From positions 64,001-128,000 of the forward strand of contig CAVYNY010000013.1 in the NCBI GenBank assembly GCA_963769935.1: DNA of 64,000 nucleotides, in the 5' to 3' direction. This stretch comes from an uncultured delta proteobacterium. Lineage in GTDB: Bacteria; Desulfobacterota; Desulfobacteria; Desulfobacterales; JAFDCJ01. Shown here piece after piece: positions 1 to 9,720 of this stretch (positions are counted from its first letter, which is position 1; every line of letters begins with the position of its first letter). The notes beneath the pieces were generated by a model that did no database searches, was not told the origin of the DNA, and worked only from the letters and a program-made list of their open reading frames with translations. Position numbers and translations under genes: made by a program.

Positions 1-861
1 ATCGACATAAATCGCGATGTCCTTGTGAAAACCCAGAAATGAAAATGCTTCGACTTCCTCCTGATCCGTCGCCATCGGCGTTGCCTCGATCATGATTTTA
101 AGGGCGTCAACGTTGCCTTGTCTGCGAACGTCGCCCTGCGCTCTCTTTTCGATAAAGTCGACCTTCAGCGGCTGGATTCCGCCTGAACGCAGCCGGACGT
201 TTTGCAGCTGCCTTTTGCCGAAGACGCAGACAGACAGCGGCTGCCGGCTTAAGGAATTATCGGCGGCGGAGATGATATAAATCAGCGACAGGTTTTCGGA
301 AACGCTCGGACACCCCAATCGGGCCAAGTCATAAGGATAGAAGGTATCCTTAACATCCGTCCATTTCTCCGGGGCTTGCTTGGCTTCCTGCCGGTCCCCG
401 GGCTCTATCCGGTGCCGGAACACGCCTTCGCGGGTAAAACGATAAATTTTTTTCTGGTCGTCATCGCCCCGGTCCAATCGGACCCATCCCAGCGCCGCGG
501 CATCTTTCGGGTTAAACCAAACCTCATTCCTCATGTTCACCGGTGAACGAAAAATCGGATCTATGCTCATGATGACCGTGCTATGCCAGGCATCGGGAGT
601 TGAAGGCTGAATTGGGATCCCCCGGGGACTTGCGATCAGGGCCGCCTCAACCTCGGCGGCAGGCAACGCCTTCAGTTGAATGTCCACCGTCACCGTAACC
701 GCAAAACTTTTGGCCGAAAACGAAAGCTTAGACCAGGAGACCCGGCCGCCATCGAGTTCAAGATTCTTAAAAGATTGCGCCCGGCTTGAACCCGTACCAA
801 AACCTGCCAGGAAGCTAAACAGGATACTCACTCCGGCCAGCACTTTTATTGTAGAGATCAT
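1..861 (-). CDS. Exported hypothetical protein, runs off the left edge (partial)
   Basis: Manual translation from ATG 861 gives MISTIKVLAGVSILFSFLAGFGTGSSRAQ..., open for 287 codons to position 1, with a signal-peptide-like N-terminus. Not in the ORF track because it has no stop in the window. Confidence 0.75.
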   Translation of the reverse strand, partial: MISTIKVLAGVSILFSFLAGFGTGSSRAQSFKNLELDGGRVSWSKLSFSAKSFAVTVTVDIQLKALPAAEVEAALIASPRGIPIQPSTPDAWHSTVIMSIDPIFRSPVNMRNEVWFNPKDAAALGWVRLDRGDDDQKKIYRFTREGVFRHRIEPGDRQEAKQAPEKWTDVKDTFYPYDLARLGCPSVSENLSLIYIISAADNSLSRQPLSVCVFGKRQLQNVRLRSGGIQPLKVDFIEKRAQGDVRRQGNVDALKIMIEATPMATDQEEVEAFSFLGFHKDIAIYVD

Positions 862-1339
862 CAATGTTTTACCGCCCGGGCCTAAGCCCTCAGGGGGAAT
901 TCACAACCGGGATTCCCCGTCACTCCTGGGTTGCAGGATTGCAGCCTTCATTAACTTCGGGCAACCCTAAAATCAACTTCACCTGGTTCGGAATCCCAAT
1001 ACTATGGCAATAAGCAAGCCCTGCGTCAAGCCAAAGATCATGGTGCACGTCATGCGATCCTTCTGGAAAAATGAAATGGGGGACTATAGTCCCTGAATTA
1101 TCCGCACGCTTGCATTTGAAAAGCAATAGCAATTAAAATTGTTCCGGCAATATTTAAATATTGCAGCGTGAGAGTTACATGTCAAGCCGCAGGGATGATG
1201 GAATTTGTTCAGTTCCGAATTTTCAGATTAGGACACCGGCATCCGCATTTACCACGTCAGCCAGCGCCAAAACTTAAGGTAAAAAGAACGTCCGACCCCT
1301 CATTTAACTATTTATGGCCCTTTTCTTCAAATAAATAGA

Positions 1340-2272
1340 TTAAACGGTTAAGTCCAGTCTTCTGAATCTTTCATTAATAAGATTGACGTATTGACGCTTC
1401 ATGTCTTCGGATAAAAAGCTCTTTCGGATAAGATCTATCCATTGGGGAAATGCTTTTACGATACGATTCAGGGTTTGTTGGATGGTTCTGGGGGTCAACT
1501 CAAGACGCTCTTTTGCAAAGTAAACAAAGAAGTCATCTCTTTTCAGCTTATTTTTCCTTCCGTTCAGCGGCAGCGCCAGTTCTTCCTGGGAATTTAAAAT
1601 GATTGTTGAATTTAAAAGATCATAAGCCGGCGACAATTCAACTTTCACATCCTGTCGGATGACGGAAAAATTTTTCAAATGCATATCTTCATTTCCAATC
1701 AAAAAATTAAACAGCGTCAAATTAAACAGCTTCAACTTCTCGATCGCCGGAAAAGTGCAGAACCTCCCGATAATGGATATAACCCCTTCCATGGACGACT
1801 CATATTTGGTATCCCGGCTTTTCCCGGAAAGCTGGGCGAAATCTTCAACCGGTATTTTCCTGCTTCTGCTTTTGCGATCAAAGCGCCGGATAAAATAAGT
1901 CAGTGTGCCGTCCTTAGAATACACTAAACCATGCAGCGGAACATTGATTCCAATCAGTTCCGCCATCCGCATGGTCACGTCCTCATTTTCCGGAACCTCC
2001 CGATAGGCGATCGTTTGCGGTTTGAATATATAGTGGCCGTTTGTATCCACAACTTCAAAAATCTCATTTTTAACGTTTAAACGAACGCTTAATTTGGGTT
2101 GAACCCCCTGGATTGACATTTTTGAAGCGCGAGCAACTGCCTCTCTGACCTGTTCCTCGGCCGAAAAGGGGAAGTCTTTTAAAGATCTCAATCTCGGCGA
2201 TAGCTTTTTCAATCCCTTGAGCGAATACTTGCCATCTTCACATTTTTCATATGTAATCGGACAACGGATCAT
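1340..2272 (-). CDS. HipA-family Ser/Thr kinase toxin lacking N-subdomain 1 (HipT-like)
   Basis: Gly-rich loop MSIQGVQPK, RRFDR, GNEDMHLKNFS catalytic motif, LSPAYDL; 310 aa. Confidence 0.9.
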   Translation of the reverse strand: MIRCPITYEKCEDGKYSLKGLKKLSPRLRSLKDFPFSAEEQVREAVARASKMSIQGVQPKLSVRLNVKNEIFEVVDTNGHYIFKPQTIAYREVPENEDVTMRMAELIGINVPLHGLVYSKDGTLTYFIRRFDRKSRSRKIPVEDFAQLSGKSRDTKYESSMEGVISIIGRFCTFPAIEKLKLFNLTLFNFLIGNEDMHLKNFSVIRQDVKVELSPAYDLLNSTIILNSQEELALPLNGRKNKLKRDDFFVYFAKERLELTPRTIQQTLNRIVKAFPQWIDLIRKSFLSEDMKRQYVNLINERFRRLDLTV

Positions 2273-2276
2273 CTCT

Positions 2277-2588
2277 TTATTCTAACTCCTGAACGGTAAC
2301 CGCACCCACCAAATCGTTTCCCACTGCTACAAGCTGGCTGAAATAATCATATTTATCAATTTTACATTGCTTCAAAAGCCCCTCGAGAAGAAGCCCTTCG
2401 GGTAACAGTCCGTCGAAAAAAGGAGGAAAACGATCGAAAGTAAATGCCATATCCTCTACCGGCATGGTTATTGAAACAGCAGGACCATCGTAGTTTTCAT
2501 AATAGGCGAATCGGAATTTTTGGCCGGCTTCTAATTCCTCGAGAACACCGGCGGGCAAACCATGCATCGATACCTCAGCTCTTCTCAT
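2277..2588 (-). CDS. HipA N-terminal domain protein (couple_hipA, HipS-like)
   Basis: 103 aa with SITMP and PPFFDGLLPEG motifs, lying between an HTH gene and a HipA kinase gene. Confidence 0.85.
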   Translation of the reverse strand: MRRAEVSMHGLPAGVLEELEAGQKFRFAYYENYDGPAVSITMPVEDMAFTFDRFPPFFDGLLPEGLLLEGLLKQCKIDKYDYFSQLVAVGNDLVGAVTVQELE

Positions 2589-2802
2589 TTGATAACACCT
2601 CCATCAGCGGGCTGGTGAAAGTTATTTTGATATTCAGAGCCTTAAGCACCTTTTGCAAGGTAGATAACCGAATGGTCTCTTTGCCATTTTCAATATCAAA
2701 AACAACGGTCTTGCCGACACCCGCCAGATCAGCCAACTGGTTCCGCGTCAGCCCACTTTTTTTCCTATGAAATAAAACCACTTCACTGAGTTTATAATCC
2801 AT
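2575..2802 (-). CDS. Xre/HTH_3 transcriptional regulator (HipB-like)
   Basis: RKKSGLTRNQLADLAGVGKTVVFDIENGK helix-turn-helix; overlaps the next gene. Confidence 0.9.
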   Translation of the reverse strand: MDYKLSEVVLFHRKKSGLTRNQLADLAGVGKTVVFDIENGKETIRLSTLQKVLKALNIKITFTSPLMEVLSNEKS

Positions 2803-2820
2803 AGATGTTCATTCCTTAAA

Positions 2821-3040
2821 TTACCGCCTTAGAAGTAAATATAATTTATTTTTCTTTCCCAAAACCAAAGTTGGAATCTGGAAAATATTTTTTACTGTTT
2901 TAACGGTAAAAAAATCTGATTTTAAACTCCATGAGAGTAATTTTTACTTGTAAAGCATTTATTTACCGTCATAGCGGTGATAAGTCAAATAAAATTCTTA
3001 AATTATCCTATCATCCTAATTTAATCCCGTCTTTTTACCG
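2821..3040. promoter_or_regulatory. Candidate HipB operator array (TTACCG-N6-CGGTAA)
   Basis: Left half-sites start at 2821, 2892, 2963 and 3035; the best copy is TTTACTG-TTTTAA-CGGTAAA at 2891-2910. Confidence 0.55.
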
Positions 3041-3210
3041 ATACAATTCAACATTCGAATTTCGTCATTCGTCATTCCCTTCACATTCGCCATACGCCGT
3101 TCGCCATTCCCCTATCCCTCCCTCTATATCATCCACTCAAGAGTTTAACCAAACAACCGATATATCCTTGTATCGAATTCGAACTTTTCAAACCGGCATC
3201 ATATCATCCC

Positions 3211-4803
3211 ATGACAAATGGAGTGCATGCCGTGAATCCGACAGGGAGAAGGATAATCGTGTCAAACTCATTTCCGCCTAAACAACAAAAACTGGTTTCC
3301 TTTTTATTTTGTATTTTTTTAGCCGGCAGTGTCATGTTGTCCACTGACAGTTTCGCGGTCCCGCCGGAAAAGGTCAAAGCAATCTATCTGCCTTCCCCTT
3401 GCTTTACCAAGCGCAAAATCACCGAATTCAGCCATTACGCCGGCTTGGCCGGCTTCAATGCCGTTGTGCTGCATGTTAAAGATCCTCATGGTATGATTCG
3501 ATGGAAATCCGGGAACGAATTGGCCAAGGCAAGCGGCGCCGTCGCCTCGTACGGATTGGTGGAACACACCTTAAAGCAGTTAAAAGAGCAGGGATTCTGG
3601 TGTATTGCAAAATTAGATGTTTTTGCCGATCACCGCCTTGTGCGCCATGATCCATATCTTGGCATTTTAGACATACGAACCGGCGGACCGTGGGCTGATA
3701 GAAACGGCTTATACTGGGCCAATCCATTTAATGAAAAGGTTTGGGAGTATAATATATCCCTTTGTCATGAACTGATTGACCTTGGCTTTGACGAAATTCA
3801 ATTTGATTATATTCGGTTTCCCAGTGACGGTGATCTTTCCGTGATGAATTACCCGGTCATGGACGGAACGTTATCCAGGACCCGGTGCATCGGAAAATTT
3901 CTGGAGACGGCCTATGCCCGGCTAAAGCCGACGGGAGTTACGATCTCCGTCGATTTGTTCGGCCTGGTAGCTTGGAAATCTGAAGATTTCGGCGTCGGCC
4001 AACAAATAGAGGCAATTGCGCCGCACGTGGATGTCATCTGCCCGATGTTTTACCCGTCGCATTTTCCGCGCGGTTTTCTTGGCAAGCAAAATCCTGCCAA
4101 ATTTCCGTTGGAAATAATGGAATTAAGTATGAAGCGGATCAAAAGGCGCACGAACAAACGCATTCGCCCGTGGCTTCAGGGATTCTGGTATACCCCGGAG
4201 GACATCAATGCGCAGATCGATGGTGTAATGCTGGCAGAAAATAAGAGTTGGTCGGTCTGGAACCCGGCCGGTAATTACACGGCCACCTACAATGCTATCG
4301 GTGAGCGCTTAAATCAAATTTTTCCCGAACCAAAATTCTATCCCTCGATTGCCGAAATCAGTGAAAAGGCAGAAAGAATCATTCCGGGTAATTCCAGGAT
4401 TGTCAATTTAACCAATTACAGGCAAGGCTACTCCATAATCTCGCTGGATGAAACCAAAGCTGGAGCCGCCCAATCCTATTCAACGCTGATACAGGTCCTG
4501 GGAACAATGGATGAAGGGATAATGGACAGAATCCTAACAAACCGCGATATTCCATTTTCCCGCTTAACCGGTAAATACAAAAAGAAATTGCACCTGGCCG
4601 ATTTGCTCTGCCGGGATCTGCAAATCGACGCCCGAGTTCTGCGGCCCAAACCGATATATGTCGACTGGCAAAACGACTGCCGGTTTACTCCGACCATCCC
4701 TCTGGACCGCTTGAGCAATTACCGAATTGCCGCTGAAGCAGCTTTTGCAAAAGATCGTGACATATACGCAATTCTCTCAAAGCATAAGGACAACTTCCAT
4801 TAA
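3211..4803 (+). CDS. Putative glycoside hydrolase (DUF4015-like TIM barrel) with C-terminal extension, exported
   Basis: N-terminal hydrophobic segment; GFDEIQFDYIRFPSDG, PMFYPSHF and IRPWLQGF motifs. Confidence 0.75.
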   Translation: MTNGVHAVNPTGRRIIVSNSFPPKQQKLVSFLFCIFLAGSVMLSTDSFAVPPEKVKAIYLPSPCFTKRKITEFSHYAGLAGFNAVVLHVKDPHGMIRWKSGNELAKASGAVASYGLVEHTLKQLKEQGFWCIAKLDVFADHRLVRHDPYLGILDIRTGGPWADRNGLYWANPFNEKVWEYNISLCHELIDLGFDEIQFDYIRFPSDGDLSVMNYPVMDGTLSRTRCIGKFLETAYARLKPTGVTISVDLFGLVAWKSEDFGVGQQIEAIAPHVDVICPMFYPSHFPRGFLGKQNPAKFPLEIMELSMKRIKRRTNKRIRPWLQGFWYTPEDINAQIDGVMLAENKSWSVWNPAGNYTATYNAIGERLNQIFPEPKFYPSIAEISEKAERIIPGNSRIVNLTNYRQGYSIISLDETKAGAAQSYSTLIQVLGTMDEGIMDRILTNRDIPFSRLTGKYKKKLHLADLLCRDLQIDARVLRPKPIYVDWQNDCRFTPTIPLDRLSNYRIAAEAAFAKDRDIYAILSKHKDNFH

Positions 4804-4832
4804 TAACTGTATAGCTTTTCAGGGCGGATTAA

Positions 4833-5399
4833 TTAATTCAAAAGCTCACTAACTACGTCCAACAATTCCTGCAGCGCAAATGGCTTATTGAGGGTGTGCG
4901 CACCCAGTTTTTTTGCCATATCAAAATCGATGTCCGTTCCATACCAGCCACCGCCGGACATCGCGATCAGTTTCACATCCGGGTGTGCTTTTTTCAGCTC
5001 GATAATGGTTTCAATCCCTTCCTTTTCCGGCATGATGATATCGGTAATTATCATATCAGCCGGCTTCTCATAAAAATACCTTATGCCCTCGGCACCATTG
5101 GAGGCTTCCACGACGTCATATCCGGCATTTCGTAAGACTTGCCTTAGAACAGAACGGAAAGGCTCTTCATCATCGATGAGCAAAATCACAGGCGTTTTGC
5201 CGACTGACTCCCCCTGCCCGGAAATCCGCTGCAGGTGTGACCTATGATTCAGCACCTCATCATTTCCCGAACCGAATAGGACGTTACCTTTTTCAGGAAG
5301 GCCTCTTTCGAAGGCTTCTTTTTCCAAATCTTCAATATAAAACCCCACCTGTTTGTCAGCACCAGTCTGCGCTCCAACCAATTCCTCAGATTGTTCCAT
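4833..5399 (-). CDS. Single-receiver-domain response regulator with N-terminal extension
   Basis: ILLIDDE, ITDIIMPEKEG, AMSGG and LNKPF receiver motifs. Confidence 0.9.
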   Translation of the reverse strand: MEQSEELVGAQTGADKQVGFYIEDLEKEAFERGLPEKGNVLFGSGNDEVLNHRSHLQRISGQGESVGKTPVILLIDDEEPFRSVLRQVLRNAGYDVVEASNGAEGIRYFYEKPADMIITDIIMPEKEGIETIIELKKAHPDVKLIAMSGGGWYGTDIDFDMAKKLGAHTLNKPFALQELLDVVSELLN

Positions 5400-5541
5400 A
5401 CCCCCCCCAATGGTTAGCTTGAATTTATTGTCTGAAACTTAAGCCGTTATTTGCTTAAAAGCCACCGGCAACCAAATTGTTCAATTTGCGGTTTGACGGC
5501 CTTCCCCCTCGGATCAAAAAAGCTGTCGAACTCATATCACT

Positions 5542-5556
5542 ACAATATTTATGCCA
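5542..5556 (-). promoter_or_regulatory. Possible sigma-54 promoter for the response regulator
   Basis: TGGCAT-AAATA-TTGT on the minus strand (GG at -24, imperfect -12). Confidence 0.4.
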
Positions 5557-5630
5557 GCTTGAAAGACGTGTTAAATTCAATTTATTTACAGTAGCTTAGC
5601 ATAATTCCGCTGTTCGACCCATTGAAAAAT

Positions 5631-5645
5631 TGACAATAATTGTCA
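5631..5645. promoter_or_regulatory. Perfect 7-1-7 palindrome, candidate regulator or enhancer site
   Basis: TGACAAT-A-ATTGTCA in the divergent intergenic region. Confidence 0.5.
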
Positions 5646-5908
5646 TATTATAGACCGGTAAACGTCAAAACGAATGATTTCCACAAATCCCAATGTGTTT
5701 TTTTCTTTTTTTCCAATTCGCGCCCGTTATGATAAAAGAGAGCCCTGTGATATTTACCAGGCCGCATGAATAGGGGCTTTTCACATCGGATCACTTCGGC
5801 ATTGACGCTGCCTGACCGGCTGCCGTAGGAGGTCATAACTGGTACCGAATATGGAACTTTGACTTCCGATACTGCACCGCCCAAAACATAAGATATAGGT
5901 GAAACCGC

Positions 5909-7675
5909 ATGAATGCTTCAACGTTTAAATTGACCAAGACGCCGATGGGAATTAAGCCGCTGAAATCAGACGAAAAGGCCAGGTTTGAGACGAAAGTGGA
6001 AACTGCCGGGCGGGAGGGCCTGCCGGACAACATGGTCCTGGCGGTAATCTTTCTGGCAACTATTTACTGGGTGCTGGATTCTGTCTTAAACATATTTTTC
6101 TCCAACAAATTCAATCTCATTGTCGAACTCATCGGTCCGGACCTTTACGATATCTATCTGCGTGTCATCGTCTTATGCCTGTTTATAATGTTGGGCTCCC
6201 ATGCCCAGTCCGTTATCAACAAACTCAGGGTAGCAAAACAAAAGCTGAATGATTCCGAAGAGCTGTGGCGCTCACTGGTGGCGACCGCACCGGATATGAT
6301 CACGGCGGTAGATCACAATGGGATTATTCGCTTTATAAATCAGGATATTTCCGAGCTGCCGCGGGAAAAGGCCGTCGGAAAAAGTTTCTATAATTTTTTG
6401 CCTCAGGAATATCGCTACCTGGCGGAGGATTGCATCGAAAACGTCTTTCAAAGCGGTGAGACGGAAAGTTTCGAAGTCCGCATGGGCACGCTTATGAATC
6501 CCAAATGGTTTACGTACCGAATCGGTGCTTTGCGACTCGACGGACGCGTCATTGCCGCGACCATTATTTCGACCAACACCACCGAATTCAAACAGGCGGA
6601 AGAGCTGCTGCGGTATAAGGAACTATTTGACAATGTTGCCGAAGGCGTGTTCCTGTTCAACCCCAAGGGTAAATTTATCGAGTCCAATGACCGAATTCTG
6701 GAAAGCACCGGCTACTCCAAGGAAGAGTTGTTGGATCAGAATATCACCAAAATCGTGGAGCCCGAGCAGATACCTTATATCGAAAACATGCTAAAAAGGG
6801 TAAGTCAAGCCAACGAGGTCCGGTTCGAGCTGAATATTAAAACCAAAGACGGCACTATAATACCAAATGAAGTTAACTGCCGCTATGTTACTTATCTTGG
6901 CAAGACCTGCTTTTTATGCGTTGCCAGGGATATAACCACAACAAAATTACTTCAAAATCAATTGCTGCGATCGGAACGATTGGCTGCTACCGGCCAGCTG
7001 GCGGCATCCATCGCCCATGAAATCAATTCCCCCCTGCAGGGTATTACCGCTTTGCTGAGTGTGATCCGAATGAAGCATGCCAACGATGAGGACCTCCTGG
7101 AGAAATTAGACCTGATTAAAAGTGCCTTTATCAGGATACGCAATACGGTGCGCAACCTCATTGACCTCAACCGGCCGGGAAAAGAAAAAAAGCAACCCAT
7201 GGAGGTCAATCAAATTATCGAAAACACGGTCGCTTTGATGCGCAGTTACCTGAAAAAAAACATGGTGGACGTCGAGTTGAATCTGGCCGCTGAAAAATCA
7301 CAAATTATTGCCTCACCCCAGCAGATCGGTCAGGTTATCATGAACCTGGTCAATAATGCCGTCGAAGCCATTGTCCATGCGCCTGGTTTCCAAGACAATT
7401 TAACAGAGTCCCCTCCAATGGGTGGTCAAATCCGCATTGAGACTATCAATCAGGAGCATGAAGTTATAATAACTGTCAAGGACACCGGACCGGGTATAGC
7501 GCCTAAAGATCTTGATCGCATTTTCGATCCTTTTTTCACGCGGAAAAAAACAATGGGATTGGGGGTCGGCCTCTCGATTTGCTGCGGTATCGTTGAAGAT
7601 CATAAGGGGACCATTGCCGGGGATAACATAGCAGATGGCGGAGCCGTATTTACCATCAGATTGCCGGTGGCCTGA
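5909..7675 (+). CDS. Membrane-bound PAS-PAS sensor histidine kinase
   Basis: Two TM helices, two PAS domains, H-box AHEINSPL, N-box NLVNNA, DTGPG, FDPFFT and GLGVGL. Confidence 0.93.
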   Translation: MNASTFKLTKTPMGIKPLKSDEKARFETKVETAGREGLPDNMVLAVIFLATIYWVLDSVLNIFFSNKFNLIVELIGPDLYDIYLRVIVLCLFIMLGSHAQSVINKLRVAKQKLNDSEELWRSLVATAPDMITAVDHNGIIRFINQDISELPREKAVGKSFYNFLPQEYRYLAEDCIENVFQSGETESFEVRMGTLMNPKWFTYRIGALRLDGRVIAATIISTNTTEFKQAEELLRYKELFDNVAEGVFLFNPKGKFIESNDRILESTGYSKEELLDQNITKIVEPEQIPYIENMLKRVSQANEVRFELNIKTKDGTIIPNEVNCRYVTYLGKTCFLCVARDITTTKLLQNQLLRSERLAATGQLAASIAHEINSPLQGITALLSVIRMKHANDEDLLEKLDLIKSAFIRIRNTVRNLIDLNRPGKEKKQPMEVNQIIENTVALMRSYLKKNMVDVELNLAAEKSQIIASPQQIGQVIMNLVNNAVEAIVHAPGFQDNLTESPPMGGQIRIETINQEHEVIITVKDTGPGIAPKDLDRIFDPFFTRKKTMGLGVGLSICCGIVEDHKGTIAGDNIADGGAVFTIRLPVA

Positions 7676-7742
7676 ACCTGTGGGGGGTCTGGGTTCAAGG
7701 TTCAAGGTTAACGGTCGGGGTCTAGCTCAGCCGGCGGTGCAT

Positions 7743-7988
7743 AAATTCCAAATTCCAAGCACCAAATAACAGATAAACCCCAAATCACAATAATCAATGA
7801 CCGAAACCGGCCGGACCAAGAAAATCCAGCTGTTTTATTTTTTTGTGCTTTAGAACTTTCATGCTTTCGTGAAAAAACATCGGTTATTTATCTGAAGCGA
7901 AGACCAACACAGATAACGTCCCGTTTGGAATTTTGATATTTGATCATTGGAATTTGTTTGGGATTTGTTATTTGGAATTTGTGATTTT
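7743..7988. repeat. Gene-less inverted-repeat element built of degenerate 7-mers (AAATTCC-type)
   Basis: Left arm AAATTCC AAATTCC AAGCACC AAATAAC... (7743-7807) is mirrored by ...TTTGTTATTTGGAATTTGTGATTTT (7923-7988). Confidence 0.8.
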
Positions 7989-8047
7989 AATCAGCGCCGG
8001 CCCTGAAAACTGATCCATGCCCCCGATAGGCTTATATGAAACTACAT

Positions 8048-8153
8048 CTCACACAGAGCGCTCAGAGGTCACAGAGGTAAGGGTTGGCAGCCGCCTGCGG
8101 CGAAAGAAAAATGTTCTCCGCGGTCTCTGTGAGCTCTAACGAAGTGGGCGTGA
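8048..8153. repeat. Short inverted-repeat element (CACAGAG-type 9-mers)
   Basis: CTCACACAGAGCGCTCAGAGGTCACAGAG ... CTCCGCGGTCTCTGTGAGCTCT. Confidence 0.65.
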
Positions 8154-8312
8154 TAGTAAATCCAACTGTGTCCGAATTCCCAAAAGTTTTTTTCTCGATT
8201 AATCTGGCCGTCTTTTTGGCCAGCGGCCCGGCTCGTGTGAAACTTAATTAAGATTCTCCACAATCAGATTGGACGCTCGCGGCCAGCGGATGGACTGAAC
8301 CCTGAATCCGCA

Positions 8313-9512
8313 TCACTCGTATCCCGGAGTGCCCTCCCCTGATTTGCCTTCAATTGGGCTCAGCTCCACCTCGATGTTTTGCGGTATGATCTGCACAACT
8401 TTTACGCCGGCCGGCAAATTGACATTTTTAGCTGAAAGCCTGATCCGGTGCTTTCCCGCCCCTAACCCTTTTAAATTCACATGCACCCCCACCCCTTTGG
8501 AAGCAAATGCTTTTATTTCATTCTGCCAGCCGGAAAGTTTCACTTCTACCTCCGGGGTTGAACTTTGCCCTACCTGCATTTCCGCCGGAATGTTGTCAAG
8601 ACGAACCGGGGCAATAACCGTGCGCTCGACTTCCTGCTGACTTGCCAGAAACAGCCAGGCTGCAGCAACCAGTGCAAGAGCGGCCAGTTTCCTTTTCCAA
8701 TTTTTGATAAAAAAATCCTGAAAAAAACGCTGAACGGTCGGCATCTGAATTTCCGGACCTCCCAGCCATTCTCTGAGCTTTTCCTGCAAGGGCTCGGGGC
8801 GCGGCCAGATGATAATTTTACCGCCCACAACACTGGCCACCTCTGATCTTTCTTCGGAAACAACCAGACACACAGCATCGGTCAACTCCGAAAGACCAAG
8901 GGCAGCGCGATGCCGGGTGCCGTATCTTTCCGGCAAGTCCTCTTTTTCAGATAGGGGTAGAATACATCCCATATGGGTCAAAATTTGTTGTGATATGATG
9001 ACCGCACCGTCGTGGGCCGGCGCATGGTGGTTGAAGATGCTCTTGATCAGCATCGGATCCGGCAGCGCCATAATTTTTTGACCGGCATGGATCATTTCAG
9101 AAGGACTATCATCTCTGGTCAACACAATCAGGGCACCCGTTTTTTCCGCGGCCAACTCAAACAAGACCTGGGTCAGGTCTTTGGTAAACGATCCTCGCAA
9201 AACCCGCCGGCGCGATCGAAGATATCGCAGCGGACTGACTTTTTCCAAAACCTGTCGGATCTCTGATTGGAACAGGATCAGCAACAATATTAAAAGAACC
9301 TGCCACAGGATTTGAAAAACCCAGGTAGTCAGAAACAGTCCCCACAACTTGGCCACCGAATAGATACCCCCCAACACCGCCAGTCCAATAAGGACTCGGA
9401 GGGCGCGGGTTTCACGGAACCATTCGTAAAGCTGATAGGCAACCAGGGTAAGAAATAGAATATCGACCAGATCACGCCAGGTGGGAGACGGGATGAAATT
9501 TAGCAATGGCAA
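8313..9512 (-). CDS. cdaA: Diadenylate cyclase (CdaA/DisA_N) fused to a TM helix and a YbbR-like (CdaR) domain
   Basis: Three N-terminal TMs, FQSEIR, HDGA and GTRHRAA catalytic motifs, then KNWKRKLAALALV TM and a YbbR-like beta domain. Confidence 0.85.
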   Translation of the reverse strand: MPLLNFIPSPTWRDLVDILFLTLVAYQLYEWFRETRALRVLIGLAVLGGIYSVAKLWGLFLTTWVFQILWQVLLILLLILFQSEIRQVLEKVSPLRYLRSRRRVLRGSFTKDLTQVLFELAAEKTGALIVLTRDDSPSEMIHAGQKIMALPDPMLIKSIFNHHAPAHDGAVIISQQILTHMGCILPLSEKEDLPERYGTRHRAALGLSELTDAVCLVVSEERSEVASVVGGKIIIWPRPEPLQEKLREWLGGPEIQMPTVQRFFQDFFIKNWKRKLAALALVAAAWLFLASQQEVERTVIAPVRLDNIPAEMQVGQSSTPEVEVKLSGWQNEIKAFASKGVGVHVNLKGLGAGKHRIRLSAKNVNLPAGVKVVQIIPQNIEVELSPIEGKSGEGTPGYE

Positions 9513-9531
9513 GGGAAGGCTCCAGTCTTGG

Positions 9532-9720
9532 GAATGACAAATGACTATTGACGAATGAAGAATTAAGAAATGCTATCTATATAAATCGTCTTCGGCAATT
9601 TTATCGAAGCAAGCCAGTTGATTTTAGGCTTTATAAATTAAAGGAGCAACACGCGGCGCAAGCGCCTGCGCTGCACGAGCGACATCCACAATTCTGCATT
9701 CGACATTCGCAAATCGTCAT
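9532..9720. repeat. Gene-less inverted-repeat element (GAATGAC-type 7-mers)
   Basis: GAATGACAAATGACTATTGACGAATGAAGAATT ... AATTCTGCATTCGACATTCGCAAATCGTCATT; abuts the stop codon at 9717. Confidence 0.7.

Noticed and set aside
862..951. In-frame ATG(951)...TGA(901-903) upstream of the first minus-strand gene as a possible fourth Sec read-through
   Set aside because: No redox-motif context, and read-through would bury a good signal peptide that starts at 861.
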